NCBI GenBank assembly: GCA_951406725.2
Contig: OX597817.1
Location: forward strand, 102,548,001 to 102,612,000
Direction: 5' to 3'
Source: Octopus vulgaris
Taxonomy: Eukaryota
Length of the DNA stretch: 64,000 nucleotides
Shown here piece by piece: positions 1 to 12,934 of this stretch (position 1 is its first letter; every line of letters starts with the position of its first letter). Below the pieces are notes generated by a model. The model made no database searches. It worked only from the letters and a program-made list of their open reading frames with translations, and was not told the DNA's origin. The position numbers and the translations under genes were made by a program.

Positions 1-479
1 AGTAGCAAACACGATCCTTCCGAGTTCCACTTCCAAAAGATGCCCCTCAACTATTCCAACGCTAACCAATACGTACTGATAAGGCGAGAGGGTACAGCCT
101 TGTTAGACCGAGAGTGGTGGTTGTCTTGCTCTGTTTACTGTATGTAATCTTTCTGAAGGACGGAAAGAAGAAACAAGGAATCTCTTGCAGGGCTCAGACA
201 AGCTTTCTTCCTCATTCCTTGCAAGAAGTAAACCTACAAAATGTCCAATATGAATCCTTTTTAAAATAAGATCCCAAACTGTTTTCTTCGATTTCATGGA
301 AAATGATTATACTTGTCAGGGTGATCGAAAGCGTGTGGAAACTCGAACAGATCCATGCACAACCTTCACCACAGCGATACACAGAGAGGTTTGATAATAA
401 TGCTGACATCGGTGAAAACTCAGATCGATTTGGATTGTTTATACATGCTGACTCACAAGCCGCTGTTACAGAAAATAGA

Positions 480-660
480 AACGTTGATCTTGGACCTGAA
501 ATGGCCGTGTTGAAATATGTGAACGATGTCAGCATCGTAGAAATGGATGACATAATGCGAGTCGATGGCCGGGACTAATATCAACCTGGATAAGTTGATG
601 GGCTTGCAGTTTAGCATCGAAAGAAACAATTCTACAGACTGTGTCGTGATGTGCCATCCC
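480..660 (+). mobile_element. Weak decayed L1/Tx1-like RT fragment
   Basis: Translates to AVLKYVNDVSIV then INLDKLMGLQ, resembling the YADDV..KINxxKS region and the fragment at 33.8-34.0 kb. Confidence 0.35.
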
Positions 661-892
661 CACTCAGGCATTCCCGTACTACATCCCCCTTCTTCATCAC
701 CTCCTGTTGTGTCCCCAAGCTAGGCTGATACTAAGTCTTTCCTTCTAAGAACGTCGGCTCTCTGGACCCTCTATCACCTTGCTTATGGCTTTCCTGCAGA
801 TGTAGACTTACAAATTTTGAAGCAGTAATGGTACCAATCTTACTTGTATAGGAGTCTCTTCAAAGGACATGAATATGCTACTTCCTCCAGAC

Positions 893-1144
893 CAGTGGTT
901 CTTAACTGGGAGCCATATGACCCTTAGGGGTCCATATAAGATTTTGTGGCCAAAGTTTATGCGCAATAAATTTATTATACTTCTACGATGCACAAAATAT
1001 TTCAACAATTTTTTGTACTATTTCCTAATATTTAATTATAAAAATATAATGGGGTTTTTTACGCATAAAATGGCTGGGGTGGTACAGTTGAGTAAAATAG
1101 GAATAAAATGGGTCCATAGGTAAAAAAATAGTTAAGAAACGCTG
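893..1144. mobile_element. hAT/Charlie-type MITE
   Basis: TIRs CAGTGGTTCTTAAC / GTTAAGAAACGCTG; imperfect 8-bp TSD ctccagac/ctgcagat; related copy at 19692-20012. Confidence 0.7.
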
Positions 1145-1233
1145 CTGCAGATTCAACAATTAAAAACAAAAGAATGAATGGCAATCTGGTTAACACTATT
1201 TTTCACATGTTCGGCAATAGTTTCCTTTCCTTA

Positions 1234-1450
1234 CGAGGAGGTGCTGAAAAGTTCTTGGCTTTAAGGGTATCGCAAATGGCCCGGCTGGGTGCCCAACCTT
1301 CCGAGTTCTTTTACAGGACTTAGAAAAACTGAAGGATCGCTGCAATAAGTGTGTGAATCTGAGTGGGGAATATGTTGAATAAAATCATGATTAACTGATC
1401 CGCCTGTATTTTCTTTTACCCAAAACCAGGAACCTTTGAGCACCCCCTCG
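1234..1450 (+). mobile_element. Mariner-derived internally deleted element (MITE)
   Basis: TIRs CGAGGAGGTGCTGAAAAGTTCTTGG / CCAGGAACCTTTGAGCACCCCCTCG, TA on both sides; residual transposase C-terminus (KCVNLSGEYVE*). Confidence 0.85.
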
Positions 1451-1881
1451 TATACATCTCTCATGCCATGCGCATTGACTAAAGCCATAGGATTGAAGAA
1501 AACCGACTGATTTAGTTTTACGCCTCAATTTTCAACATGGCGAATTTCATGATTCACAGTATCTCTCACTTCATTGTTATTTTGGTGGGATATCCATGTT
1601 TGTTGCGTCTGTCCAAATCCAACTTGTTTGTTCTGTACAGCATCGATCATCTCATTTCCACCTTTGCCTCTGCTACCCAACAGTTATTTTAACTTTATAT
1701 ATATATATAGATGAGTGTATTTTTTACCTTGTTAACAATTAACACGGAAAAAATAAATAAATAGTTACCAGGGTAGCAAAAATCTCACAAGTAAAGATGT
1801 TGTAACTCCTTGTTTATAAAGGTAGAAACTTCGTGTTTACGTTGAATATTTTGAATAATATATGAATAAATAAATGAAAAC

Positions 1882-1944
<63 letters not shown>

Positions 1945-2173
1945 TTCATTCCTGTCAACTTTACTGGTTGAGCCTCACAAAATATGATCCGAAAAATCCT
2001 GGAGTATAATGTAACTGGGGAATTTTTCTCTTTATGAACTCCTCCTTTAATAATGTTAAAGCAAGCTGGAATTTTGCAAATAATACCTCACTTATTGTAT
2101 GCGCGTGTGCACATACATATGGGTATATGTGTGCTTGTGTGTGGATACATACATACATAAATACATACATACA

Positions 2174-2239
<66 letters not shown>

Positions 2240-2371
2240 TAAACACACACAAAACACACATTCACACGCATACTTGCGAGAGAAAGAGAGAGATACAAAC
2301 ATGCATACACACATATACATATTTTTGTATATATATTATAAAGTAATATGTAAGCATATATGAGCAAGTGT

Positions 2372-2589
2372 ATATTCTTTTATTTGTTTCAGTCATGTAA
2401 CTGCGGCCATGCTGGAGCGCCGCCTTTAGTCGAACAAATCGACCGCAGGACTTATTCCTTGTAATCCTAGCCTAGTACTTAATCTATCGGTTACTTTTGC
2501 TGAACCGCTATGTTACGGGGACGTAAACACACCAACATCGATTGTCAAGCGATGGCAGGGAGACAAACACAAACACACAAATAATATAC

Positions 2590-2653
<64 letters not shown>

Positions 2654-2820
2654 GACGAGCTATTTTCAGTTTTCGTCTACCAAATCCACTCACAGGGCTT
2701 TGGTCGGCCCGAGGCTATAGTAGAAGACACTTACTTGCCCAAGATGCCACGCAGTAGGACTGAACCTAGAACTATGAGGCTGGTAAGCAAGCTACTTAAC
2801 ATACACCCATTCCTGCGCCT
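2372..2820 (-). mobile_element. tRNA-derived SINE, family A (CORE-like, internal microsatellite)
   Basis: Minus-strand tRNA-like head with B-box-like GGTTCAGTCC; homologous copies near 15628, 20390, 35570, 53780, 57840. Confidence 0.8.
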
Positions 2821-2851
2821 GCAGTTACTTACTATACAGCCACTCCTGCGC

Positions 2852-3078
2852 ATGGTGAGTTGGCAGAATCGCTAGTACGCCGGGCGAAATGCTTAGCGGT
2901 ATTTCGTCTGCCGTTACGTTCTGAGTTCAAATTCCGCCGAGGTCGACTTTGCCTTTCATCCTTTCGGGGTCGATTAAATAAGTACCAGTTATGCACCGCG
3001 GTCGATGTAATCGACTTAAACCCTTTGTCTGTCCTTGTTTGCCCTCTCTATATTTAGCCCCTGTGGGCAATAAAGAAA
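2852..3078 (+). mobile_element. tRNA-derived SINE, family B (Meta-domain-like)
   Basis: A-box-like TGGCAGAATCG, B-box GAGTTCAAATTCC, central GGTCGACTTTGCCTTTCATCCTTTCGGGGTCGA; more than ten copies in the window. Confidence 0.85.
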
Positions 3079-3105
3079 TATATATTATATATGTATATGA
3101 ATATG

Positions 3106-3181
<76 letters not shown>

Positions 3182-3847
3182 GACACGCACATACATACAT
3201 ACATACATACACATCAAGGGAAAGGAGAGACTAATCAGACAAAATTGGAAACCATATGAGATGAAATGAGCAAGGGACATATGTTACTAGTAAACTACAT
3301 CAGTAGTGTATAGCTTACCCGTTCCCACTCTAGCCCTAAAAAAAAATACAAAAAGTATAAAACAAAAAAAAATTAGAATGTAGCTGTTTAGCACGGGGTG
3401 GGGGTAGGGGAAGGGGAAACCCTTGAGAGATTTCATACTAAATTGATTTATTACTACTACTAGCTAGCTAGCTATTAGTTTATTTACTTTATTGTTTATT
3501 TATCTGCTTATCTATTTATTTTGCTTAATTATTGCTGTACATAACCCAGCTTCATTCATGTGTTTATGGGTGTGATTATGTTTATCCGTTCATTTCACTT
3601 GCTTTTACCTCTTCCCAATGTTTCACTCTCATGTCCCTTTTCCCAGTTTATTTATATTTATTTAGTTAATTTGGTATGTTTTGCTTGGTTTGGGTTTTTT
3701 TTTCTCTCTCTTTTCATAAATTTATTTCCCGGAAACTGTGCGGTAACCCATCGAGTGTGTGTATGTGCGTGGGGATGTGTGCGTATATGCACACACACAC
3801 ACATGTGTATGTATATATGCTTATACATATATATCATATATGTGTAT

Positions 3848-3951
<104 letters not shown>

Positions 3952-3998
3952 AATGCGTACAGACAAACAGGCATGCAAACACACACACATACACACGC

Positions 3999-4032
<34 letters not shown>

Positions 4033-4113
4033 ATAAAAAATATATATAAAAATACAAAATGGGACAAGAACGCAAAACATTCAAATAGATGACACAAAAA
4101 ACGGACGGGTCAT

Positions 4114-4221
4114 TCGAAGCCTCTAATCTTCAGTCAAGAACCGGATCATCCTCACAATTTCGGCTGATTAATCTTGAGATCGCTCCGATCCGGCCAGCCC
4201 CAAGGAAAAACTAAGCTACGA
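4114..4221 (-). ncRNA. Candidate hammerhead ribozyme with non-canonical (pseudoknotted) strand order, inside a ~180-bp insert (about 4050-4227)
   Basis: Minus strand: GGCUGG-CCGGAUCG-GA-GCGAU-C-UCAAGA-UUAA-UCAGCC-GAA-AUUGU-GAGGA-UGAUCCGG-U-UCUUGA-CUGAAGA; NUH, GAAA and CUGANGA present and stems I, II and III all pair. Confidence 0.55.
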
Positions 4222-4316
4222 GCATTACACATACACACACACACGTATATATACATATATATAACAACTTGTATATAGTATATGAGTATGTGTATTTAGT
4301 GTTTACGTACATAGGT

Positions 4317-4352
<36 letters not shown>

Positions 4353-5189
4353 ACCTACAACCTACACTTTCTTTGTCAATCATAATATTTATGTCGAATG
4401 TAACATTTGAGTCCGCCAACGATTTTGCAAAGAAGCCCGTAGATGTTGCATGTATGAGGATTACAGTTCAGTGTAGGTGGTATATTTGCAGTCACTTTTC
4501 ACCTATGCCTTGCACCCCTAAGCCTGTTAATACTTGTTGAAACAAAGTGTTTTATACCATTTTTAAACGACGATCTCCATTTTGTTTGTTCCAAGGGTGT
4601 TTGCTAAAAGGTTTTGCAAGCTATAGTTACTGCAGAGAGATTACTTTTCAACGACAATATTCAGTTCGACATTCAATTATTCCTCCTTGCATGAAAATGT
4701 TAACTTTAATACAACTTAAAGTCACGAGTTGCTTCTTTGAGAGAGCGCAATTGAATGATAGCAAGATTATGCAGCACCGTCACTTATTACAACATAGGCT
4801 GTAGCTGTTATACTTGATACAGTTGGATGGTGAACCTGCGACAAGCAGCTCTAGGAAATTGACACGGTTTAACACATGTGGAGCTATATAAAGCACAGTC
4901 ATCGTCCTTCGCATACCTGTGACTTTATTTAGTATAATTACTGATATATAATAGCAAACGTATCTTCCTATGATACCCCACCAGCAGTGGATCAGGTATT
5001 TATTAATATGTTCTAGAGACGTGATCTAAGACGGAGGATCATGTGAATCACGACATTGCAATATTCTGAGCGTTAGAAAGTTTATATTCCCTACAGAGGC
5101 TCATATTTTTACCAAGGTACACACACATATATGCCCACAGACACACGCATGCACACGCATGCACACGCATGCACACGTATGCATGTTAT

Positions 5190-5991
<802 letters not shown>

Positions 5992-6043
5992 ACATATATA
6001 TATATATATATGCATATATAAATACATAGATGTACATACTTAC

Positions 6044-6077
<34 letters not shown>

Positions 6078-6081
6078 ATGT

Positions 6082-6131
<50 letters not shown>

Positions 6132-6227
6132 GGTCCCGGGTTGATTCGGGGTTAACCACAGTAAGTAAGGTACTCAATACATAGCAGAGTAAAATTAATT
6201 TATTTATTTTATATAATATATAAATAT

Positions 6228-6266
<39 letters not shown>

Positions 6267-6267
<1 letters not shown>

Positions 6268-6475
6268 CGGGAAACTTTATGAAAATAAACAAAAGACGAA
6301 GGCAGGTGCAATACAAACAAACAATTGTATTAGTATGGCGCTCAGGAATATAAATAAAACAAGTCTTTTACGTTTCGAGCCTACGCTCTTCAACAGAAAG
6401 ATACACAGAAAAGAAACACGGAAAGAAACAAGGAGAGAAAAAAAGATGCGTGCAGAAGCTAGCGAATCAACATGA
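6267..6475 (-). mobile_element. 3' fragment of Neptune-type Penelope-like element in (TA)n
   Basis: Clearly homologous to 61713-61910, the 3' end of the GIY-YIG-encoding element. Confidence 0.75.
6364..6401 (-). ncRNA. Minimal type I hammerhead variant (core CUGUUGA)
   Basis: UCUUU-CUGUUGA-A-GAGC(GUAG)GCUC-GAAACGUA-AAAGA; palindromic ACGU stem III. Confidence 0.7.
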
Positions 6476-6530
6476 TATATATATATATATATGTACATAC
6501 TTACATATACATATATATATATGTATATGT

Positions 6531-6566
<36 letters not shown>

Positions 6567-6711
6567 TATATAGGTACAGGACATCACAAAACGTAAACAG
6601 CATGAATTACGAAATACGTAAACAGCATGAATTACATGTAATACGAAGGCAAACTTGGGTACGCGAACTACGAGACAAACAAAAGGAAAACAAGACAAGT
6701 AACATAAAGAA

Positions 6712-6832
6712 TGACCCTTCATCGGTTGTCGGCTGTTCATCTACTCCACATTTCGAGCAATTAACAATATGAGGCTTCGAAAAACAGTTGCTCCCGCGAA
6801 CCAAAATAAAATTTGGGATTTATGGAGGCTCA
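6712..6832 (-). ncRNA. Second candidate non-canonical-order hammerhead, inside a ~330-bp insert (about 6572-6904)
   Basis: Minus strand: UGAGCCU...GAGCAA-CUGUUU-UUCGAAG-CCUCAU-A-UUGUU-AA-UUGCUC-GAA-AUGUGG-AGUAGAU-GAACAG-CC-GACAA-CCGAUGA-AGGGUCA; same helix connectivity as 4114-4221 with different sequence. Confidence 0.5.
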
Positions 6833-6999
6833 AATTTGGTAACAAAAACAGGACAGTAGAGGCATACAACAAACCAAACGAAAGCAAACATGGAGTGCCG
6901 TTAGATATACATACATACAAACACACACACACACACATTCATTCTTTTACTTTTTCTTTTATGCGTTTCAGTTATGCGGTTCCGGTCACGTTGGAGTAC

Positions 7000-7800
7000 C
7001 ATCGTTACTTTGTATCCTTTTCACAGGCTTCTTAAATTAGGCCAATCGCTATTATTCAGCCTTCTACTCAACCGATTTAAGACTCTTGCTCTGCGTCTCA
7101 TAAAAAGACCTGTCTCTGGAGGTTTTATTTTTAGGTATGCTGGTCTCTATTTCTGGAACATACTTAGTGCATATAGCTTGCACCGATTAAGTTGAAGTTG
7201 TCATACGAAAATTGTCGGACCAATTTTGTTTTTGAATCTCTTTGCAGATTGATTTCCAGTTTGCTTTATGGAAATTCAAGTTGTATATGGCTTGAGCATT
7301 TCTTATAGAGTAGATATCAGCAATTCACCTTGGAGCAAACATTGTTAGTTCTACAATGCAGTGGTACGAGAAGGCTGTTGGAGTTATCTTCATGTTATGG
7401 ATAACGTTCATATTGTTTGTGAAGCAGAGATACAAGATGTCACACCCGACTGGCTGGAGTACCGCTTGCTTCTTGAACAATGTATTAGAAAGTTCTAGCA
7501 ATAATTCTGTTTGCCTTTGTTTATGCAGTGACACCCCAGAGAGGATGTGTTCTTCAGGCTATATAACATTTGGGAGGTGGAAGCTGCCAAGGAGGAGTAT
7601 ATTGATGAGTTGGTCCACACTGAGCAATACCTCTTCTATGTCTCTGCGGCTATTCTCACATTTACCACCATGTTTGAAGCATTTGATGGACGACATAATG
7701 TGCGTATTACCACACTAAGTTGATTTAAATGCCCCATAAATGTCTCACAGATCAGGTTCGAATGTGACAACAGGGTTCATGATGCGACATATTCACGAAT
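7000..7800 (-). mobile_element. Decayed CR1/L2/Jockey-type LINE, APE endonuclease region
   Basis: Minus-strand peptides LLGSFHLPNV (GDFN-like) and ILYLCFTNNMNVIHNMKITPTAFSYH (LDL..SDH-like). Confidence 0.65.
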
Positions 7801-8402
7801 GTACGTCACAACTCCACAATGGCTTCGTTCTCTTTTGTCAACTCCGCATCATTTATGTCTGCGAAGAGCTGTAAAGAGATGTTTTTCTGTAAGTGCAATG
7901 TTTCTCTGTACACATACACACATACATGTATATGCATGCAGTGGCGGATCTACTATAAAATTAATAAAGCTTTCTGTCAATATTTTTGTTTTTGTATTTT
8001 GCCATGCAGACAGGACCGATAAAACGGAATAGACTGAGAAAAAAGTTTTGTCTCTACACCAGTCCCCTAAAAAAGGATGGTGCCAGTGAAACGACAAAGA
8101 AAGATAAAAGAAAAACATGTATGTATGTGCATTTGTGTACTTGTGTGTATGAATATATATATAGCGATAAAAAGAAATAAACAAAACAGTTTTATTCTCT
8201 CTAGTTTAACTTCCGTCTCCAAGAGCAGTATGGTGCTAGAGAAGTAACAAAGAAAAGTAAAAAACATGTATGTAGATGTGTGTGTGTATGTATGTATGTA
8301 TGTATGTATGTATGTATGTATGTATGTATGTATGTATGTATGTATGTGTGTATGTGTGTATGTGTGCATGTGTGTATGTATGTATGTATGTATGTATGTA
8401 TG

Positions 8403-8431
<29 letters not shown>

Positions 8432-8433
<2 letters not shown>

Positions 8434-11400
8434 GTCCTAATGGTAACATGGAATCCAGTATAACCTGTCGCGTGGTCGGGTTGTCGGCGACTAAACTGAC
8501 ACCCCACCAGGCTATCCTGGTGAGGAGGGTTGCTAGAAAACCACCAGCAGGATTAAAAACAAGACCTGTTGAAAGGTCGGATGAACCTAGTGCATGTTCA
8601 ACAGCTATCTAGCAATAGCACGGGTACGCAGAAATTCCGGGATGGTGTCCGGCTTGCTGAAAGACCACTGGGAGTGAGGCACCCCTCAGCTTCTTTTGAA
8701 GCATGTCTCTAGGAGAAGGTCACTCTGATATAAAACCAGACATGTAGAAAATGGCATTGGACATTTTGGGGATCTTTGGTTTGTGCTAGAGATCATGGCG
8801 CTCCCACATCCCTGAGCCTGCGATCAGGCACCAGACATGTTGCTCCGGCTTGTCTCTGGATAATGTCAATAAAGTGGAGAGGGTCTATGGGGTGTCATGC
8901 AAGCCTTATTGGACCTAAAACTCCGCACAGGCATTGCTGACCTCTGCTCGATATGTGCTTCCCCCACCCTATATATATTTATTTTATTTATAGCATATAT
9001 GTATCTTTATTTTTAGTATATATTTATATATTTTTAGTATATTTTTATTTTATTCTTTATTCAGAAGTCCTGCGGCGCTTTCAGAGTATCCTATAGAAGG
9101 TGATGGTCAGCTTGAGGAAGTAGAAGGTGGATACACCTTTTTTTGGAAGGGGAGGCAGAAGGGAGAGCGCAGAGAGGCTGGCGTTGGCTTTGCAGTTCGA
9201 TCTGGTATACTTAAGAAGTTGGAGGAGCTTCCTGTTCCTACAAATGAACGTCTAATGACTCTACAATTGCACCTGAATGGTGGGCGGTTTGCTACTCTAA
9301 TAAGTGCCTATGCACCTACTTTGACTAGCTGTGATGAAGATAAAACTATTTTAAACCCAGCTGAGAGCCATACTTAGGAAAATCCCCAATTCTGATTAAG
9401 TCATTCTACGGGTAGATTTCAATGGAACTCTCTAGGACGTTTTGGAGTAGGGAAAATGAATAGCAATGGCCTCATGCTGCTGGAGCTTTGCGATGAACAT
9501 GGACTTTACATCGCAAGCACTCATTTTATATACAAAGGTGATTACACAACAAAGTGGTTGCATCCGAGGTCTAAAGTTTGGCACTTGCTGGATTATGTTA
9601 TCATCCGCAAGCGTGACATCTATGACAATTGTAATGTCAAGTCCTTTCATGGATCGGAATGCTGGACAGACCACAGTCTGGTGTGAGTAAAGTTCCGAAT
9701 GATGATTAGAGTGAAAGAGAGAAGAAGGCCAGTCAGCATTCTCGACGTCTGAATGTTCACAAGATATATGATGCTGTGTTGAGGAAAAAGCTTCAGACTC
9801 GCTTGTCCAGCATTGAAAATACTGCAGCATGGGAAGATTTTCGAGACTAGGTTCTTCAATGTGCTGCTGAAACACTGGGATATGCTACTGCCAGACACAG
9901 AGACTGGTTTGAGGAAAATGATGCAGAAGTTCAGTGACTATTGGCTGTAAAGCGCCATGCCCTCAATATATTACTACATAGAGGACTTTCTGCTGTGCAG
10001 CGAAATCTAGCACTTGCCCACTATAGCAGTGTAAAATCACTACTGCAGCGATCATTCAGGAAGATGCAGAACACTTGGTGGGAGGATCTTGCTTGTGATA
10101 TTCAGGCTGCTACTGATGCAAATGACAGCAAGAAGCTTTACTATCTTATGAAGCAAGTTTATGGGCCTAAGAGCTCCACACCAGCTCCTTTTCTTTCCAA
10201 GGTGCCTTCCACTCTATTTACTAAATCAACAGAAATCAGAGGTCGCTGGATCGAACACTTCTTTGAACTCCTAAACCATGAGTCAGTTGGGAATGAAACA
10301 GTGATTGATACTATGCAACAAAGACCTATCATTGGCTCTTTAAATTCCACGCCCTCAGTAGATGAAGTAATGGCATCAATAAGTAAATTGAATCTTGGTA
10401 GGGCACCTGGAAAGGATGGAATTTGTGCTGAGGTCTTGTGATTACATCATACAGTCCCTTCATGAACTTATTAGTGTAGTCTGGAGGGATGGTGCAATGA
10501 CTAAGGACTGAAAGGATGCAATTATTCTTCCTCTCTATAAAGGAAAAGGAGCCAGAACAATGTGTGGTAACTACAGAAATATTGCTCTACTATCAGCTGC
10601 TGGCAAGGTTCTGGCAAATATTCTTCTTTCTCGCCTGAATGGCTGTCTCGTAAATGATGTCCTATCTGAATCTCAATGTGGCTTCCGATCTGATAGAGGG
10701 ACAATGGATATGATTTTCACAGCAAGGCAGATGCAGGAGAAGTGCTATGAGCAGAATATGGATCTTGTCCAGGTATTCATTGATTTAACGAAGGCCTTTG
10801 ATATTGTGAATAGGGCCTTGCTATGGAAAATACATGGCAAAATTGGGTGTCCGGATCACTTTGTATCTAAAATTAATTCATTTCATTATGGGATGGAAGC
10901 TTGGGTCAATGTTGGTAGCATGGTGGGACCCATTCCTGTAGAGAATGGTGTCAAGCAGGGTGACATCCTTGCCCCAACTCTCTTTTCTTTGTACTTTGTT
11001 ACTGCTTTTACTCATGCTTTTGCTAAGGTTAGCTCCCTATGATTATGTGTCAGATATCGATCTTCTAGCTGCCTCCTTAATCTGCACCGATTTGCTGCCA
11101 ATTCGAAAGTTTTCCAGTCTCTTATTCGTGACCTCCTTCATGTAGATGACTGTGACTTAGTGGATAACACAGTGGATAACATGCAAATACTTATGAATCG
11201 TATCTCTGCTTTTTGCCAGGCATTTGGACTCGGCTCAGCATTAGCCTGGACAAGACTGTTGTAATGTTCCAGCCTGTACCAACTATCTTGTTTGAAGGAA
11301 CAATTCTGAAAATGGTAGACAAGTTTGTCTACCTCGGTAGCACGCTCAGCCGTTCTTGCTCCCTGGATGATGAAATATCTTTCAGGCTGCAGAGAGCAAC

Positions 11401-12078
11401 TGATTCCTTCCGGCCTCTTCAGTCTCGTGTCTGGTCCCAGCATGGCATCACAAAGTAAACAAAAATTACCATGTACCGTGCATGTGTACTGACATAGCTC
11501 CTTTCCTCATGTGAGACATGGACTTTTTACAAACGTCATGTAAGGGTCCTTGAACGTTTTCATCAGAGATGTCTCAGATACATTCTGAATGTTGGTGGAC
11601 CTTAAAAACTCCAGACACACAGGTCCTGATATCTTGTGTAGTGAGGCGATGGTGCTCAAGCACCGGTTACGTTGGACTGGACACCTTATTAGAATGAAGG
11701 ACAGCAGGATCCCTAAGCAGATGCTATGTGGGGAACTTGTGACTGGAAAGAGACCCCGGCAGAAACCAAGGCTGAGATTTAAGGACTGTGTCAAGTCATC
11801 ATTAAAGGCCTGTGATATGCAGGAGACTGACTAGGAGAACAAAGCCTGTCATCGCCGCAGATGGAAGAAACAGGTTAAGGACTTTTGAGAGAGCACGTAT
11901 TCAGCATGAAGAGTGGGGAAAGCTTGGTTTGCAATGTTTGCAGTCGTGTATGCTTGTCAAGAGCAGGGCTCATTAGCCACCAACGGAGCCGCAAAGGCAA
12001 AATATAAGTTAGTCCTAGAGCACACAATGTTCCTGAAGGTCAGCAATGGTCTTCCTCGGTCACGAGTGGGCGGCCATC
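8432..12078 (+). mobile_element. Near-full-length decayed RTE (BovB-like) LINE
   Basis: APE motifs (GYTFFWKG, GVGFAV, WHLLDYVI, TDH), RT motifs (NYRNIALLS, QCGFR, FIDLTKAFD, GVKQGD, HVDD, YLGS), RLRWTGHLIRM; many stops and frameshifts; inserted in (TATG)n. Confidence 0.95.
8442..8520 (+). ncRNA. Possible degenerate HDV-like ribozyme at the RTE 5' end
   Basis: P1 GGUAAC/GUUGUC, P2 CCAG/CUGG, P3 ACC/GGU, GGCGAC after P1, GCUA before the P2 3' strand. Confidence 0.3.
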
Positions 12079-12231
12079 AGGTATGCGTGTATGTATGTGT
12101 GCATGTGTGTATATGAATGTATATAGAGAAATAGGCTAAAAAATAAGTTTTATTGCCTAGTTGAATTCCTGTTTCCCATGCGACTAACCAATGATGACCT
12201 CAAACTGACTGTTTCAAGACAAAGGAGCGCA

Positions 12232-12288
<57 letters not shown>

Positions 12289-12934
12289 TAGCACTGCTGA
12301 GCTATATTATTTCAGTAAGTCTTCAAACTCTTCCGAACAGGTATATGCAAAATATGTTCCAAAGTTTAGATTTTCATTTTTGCTTTAATTATTAAATTAC
12401 ATCTCTCAACAGCTAAATGCACTTTTTTTTTGGCTTTAAAATTATTGTATTTATGTTCAACTGTTATTTTTGTAGATCTAACCATTTTCTTCGGGCAAAA
12501 TGAGTAATTTCTGATTTCGCGTCATTTTTTTCCTTACTAGTTTGAAAACATGTTATTGCATTTTACATTCTGAAATATTTTCAACTCTTATTTTTAAAAA
12601 AAATCTCTTTTCTTTCCTTTATTGTATTTTTACTATGAAGTAAAAGCCAAACAGCACAAGTGCATGAGTGAAAAACGAAATTAGAATTTTGAAAAGATAG
12701 ACATTTTCAGTCGTTTAAAATGTATAAAAGGAATATTATTTTTTGAAGAAATTTATAATTGGACAAAACAAATATCACTTGTTTTCCCTTTTGTGTACCA
12801 TATAACAATAGTTTGTCACAGAAGTACCTTGTTTCAAGAAAAATTAAATTTGAGGGTAATTATATCAGGTAAAGTAGAAATGAATATATTATATCATGCA
12901 TTCCTCGTCACTGGAATAAAGTTTGCCTCTCAAA

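Noticed and set aside
2852-2940. tRNA genes at SINE heads (also 5228, 25332, 35570)
   Set aside because: A/B boxes run straight into SINE bodies; no complete cloverleaf
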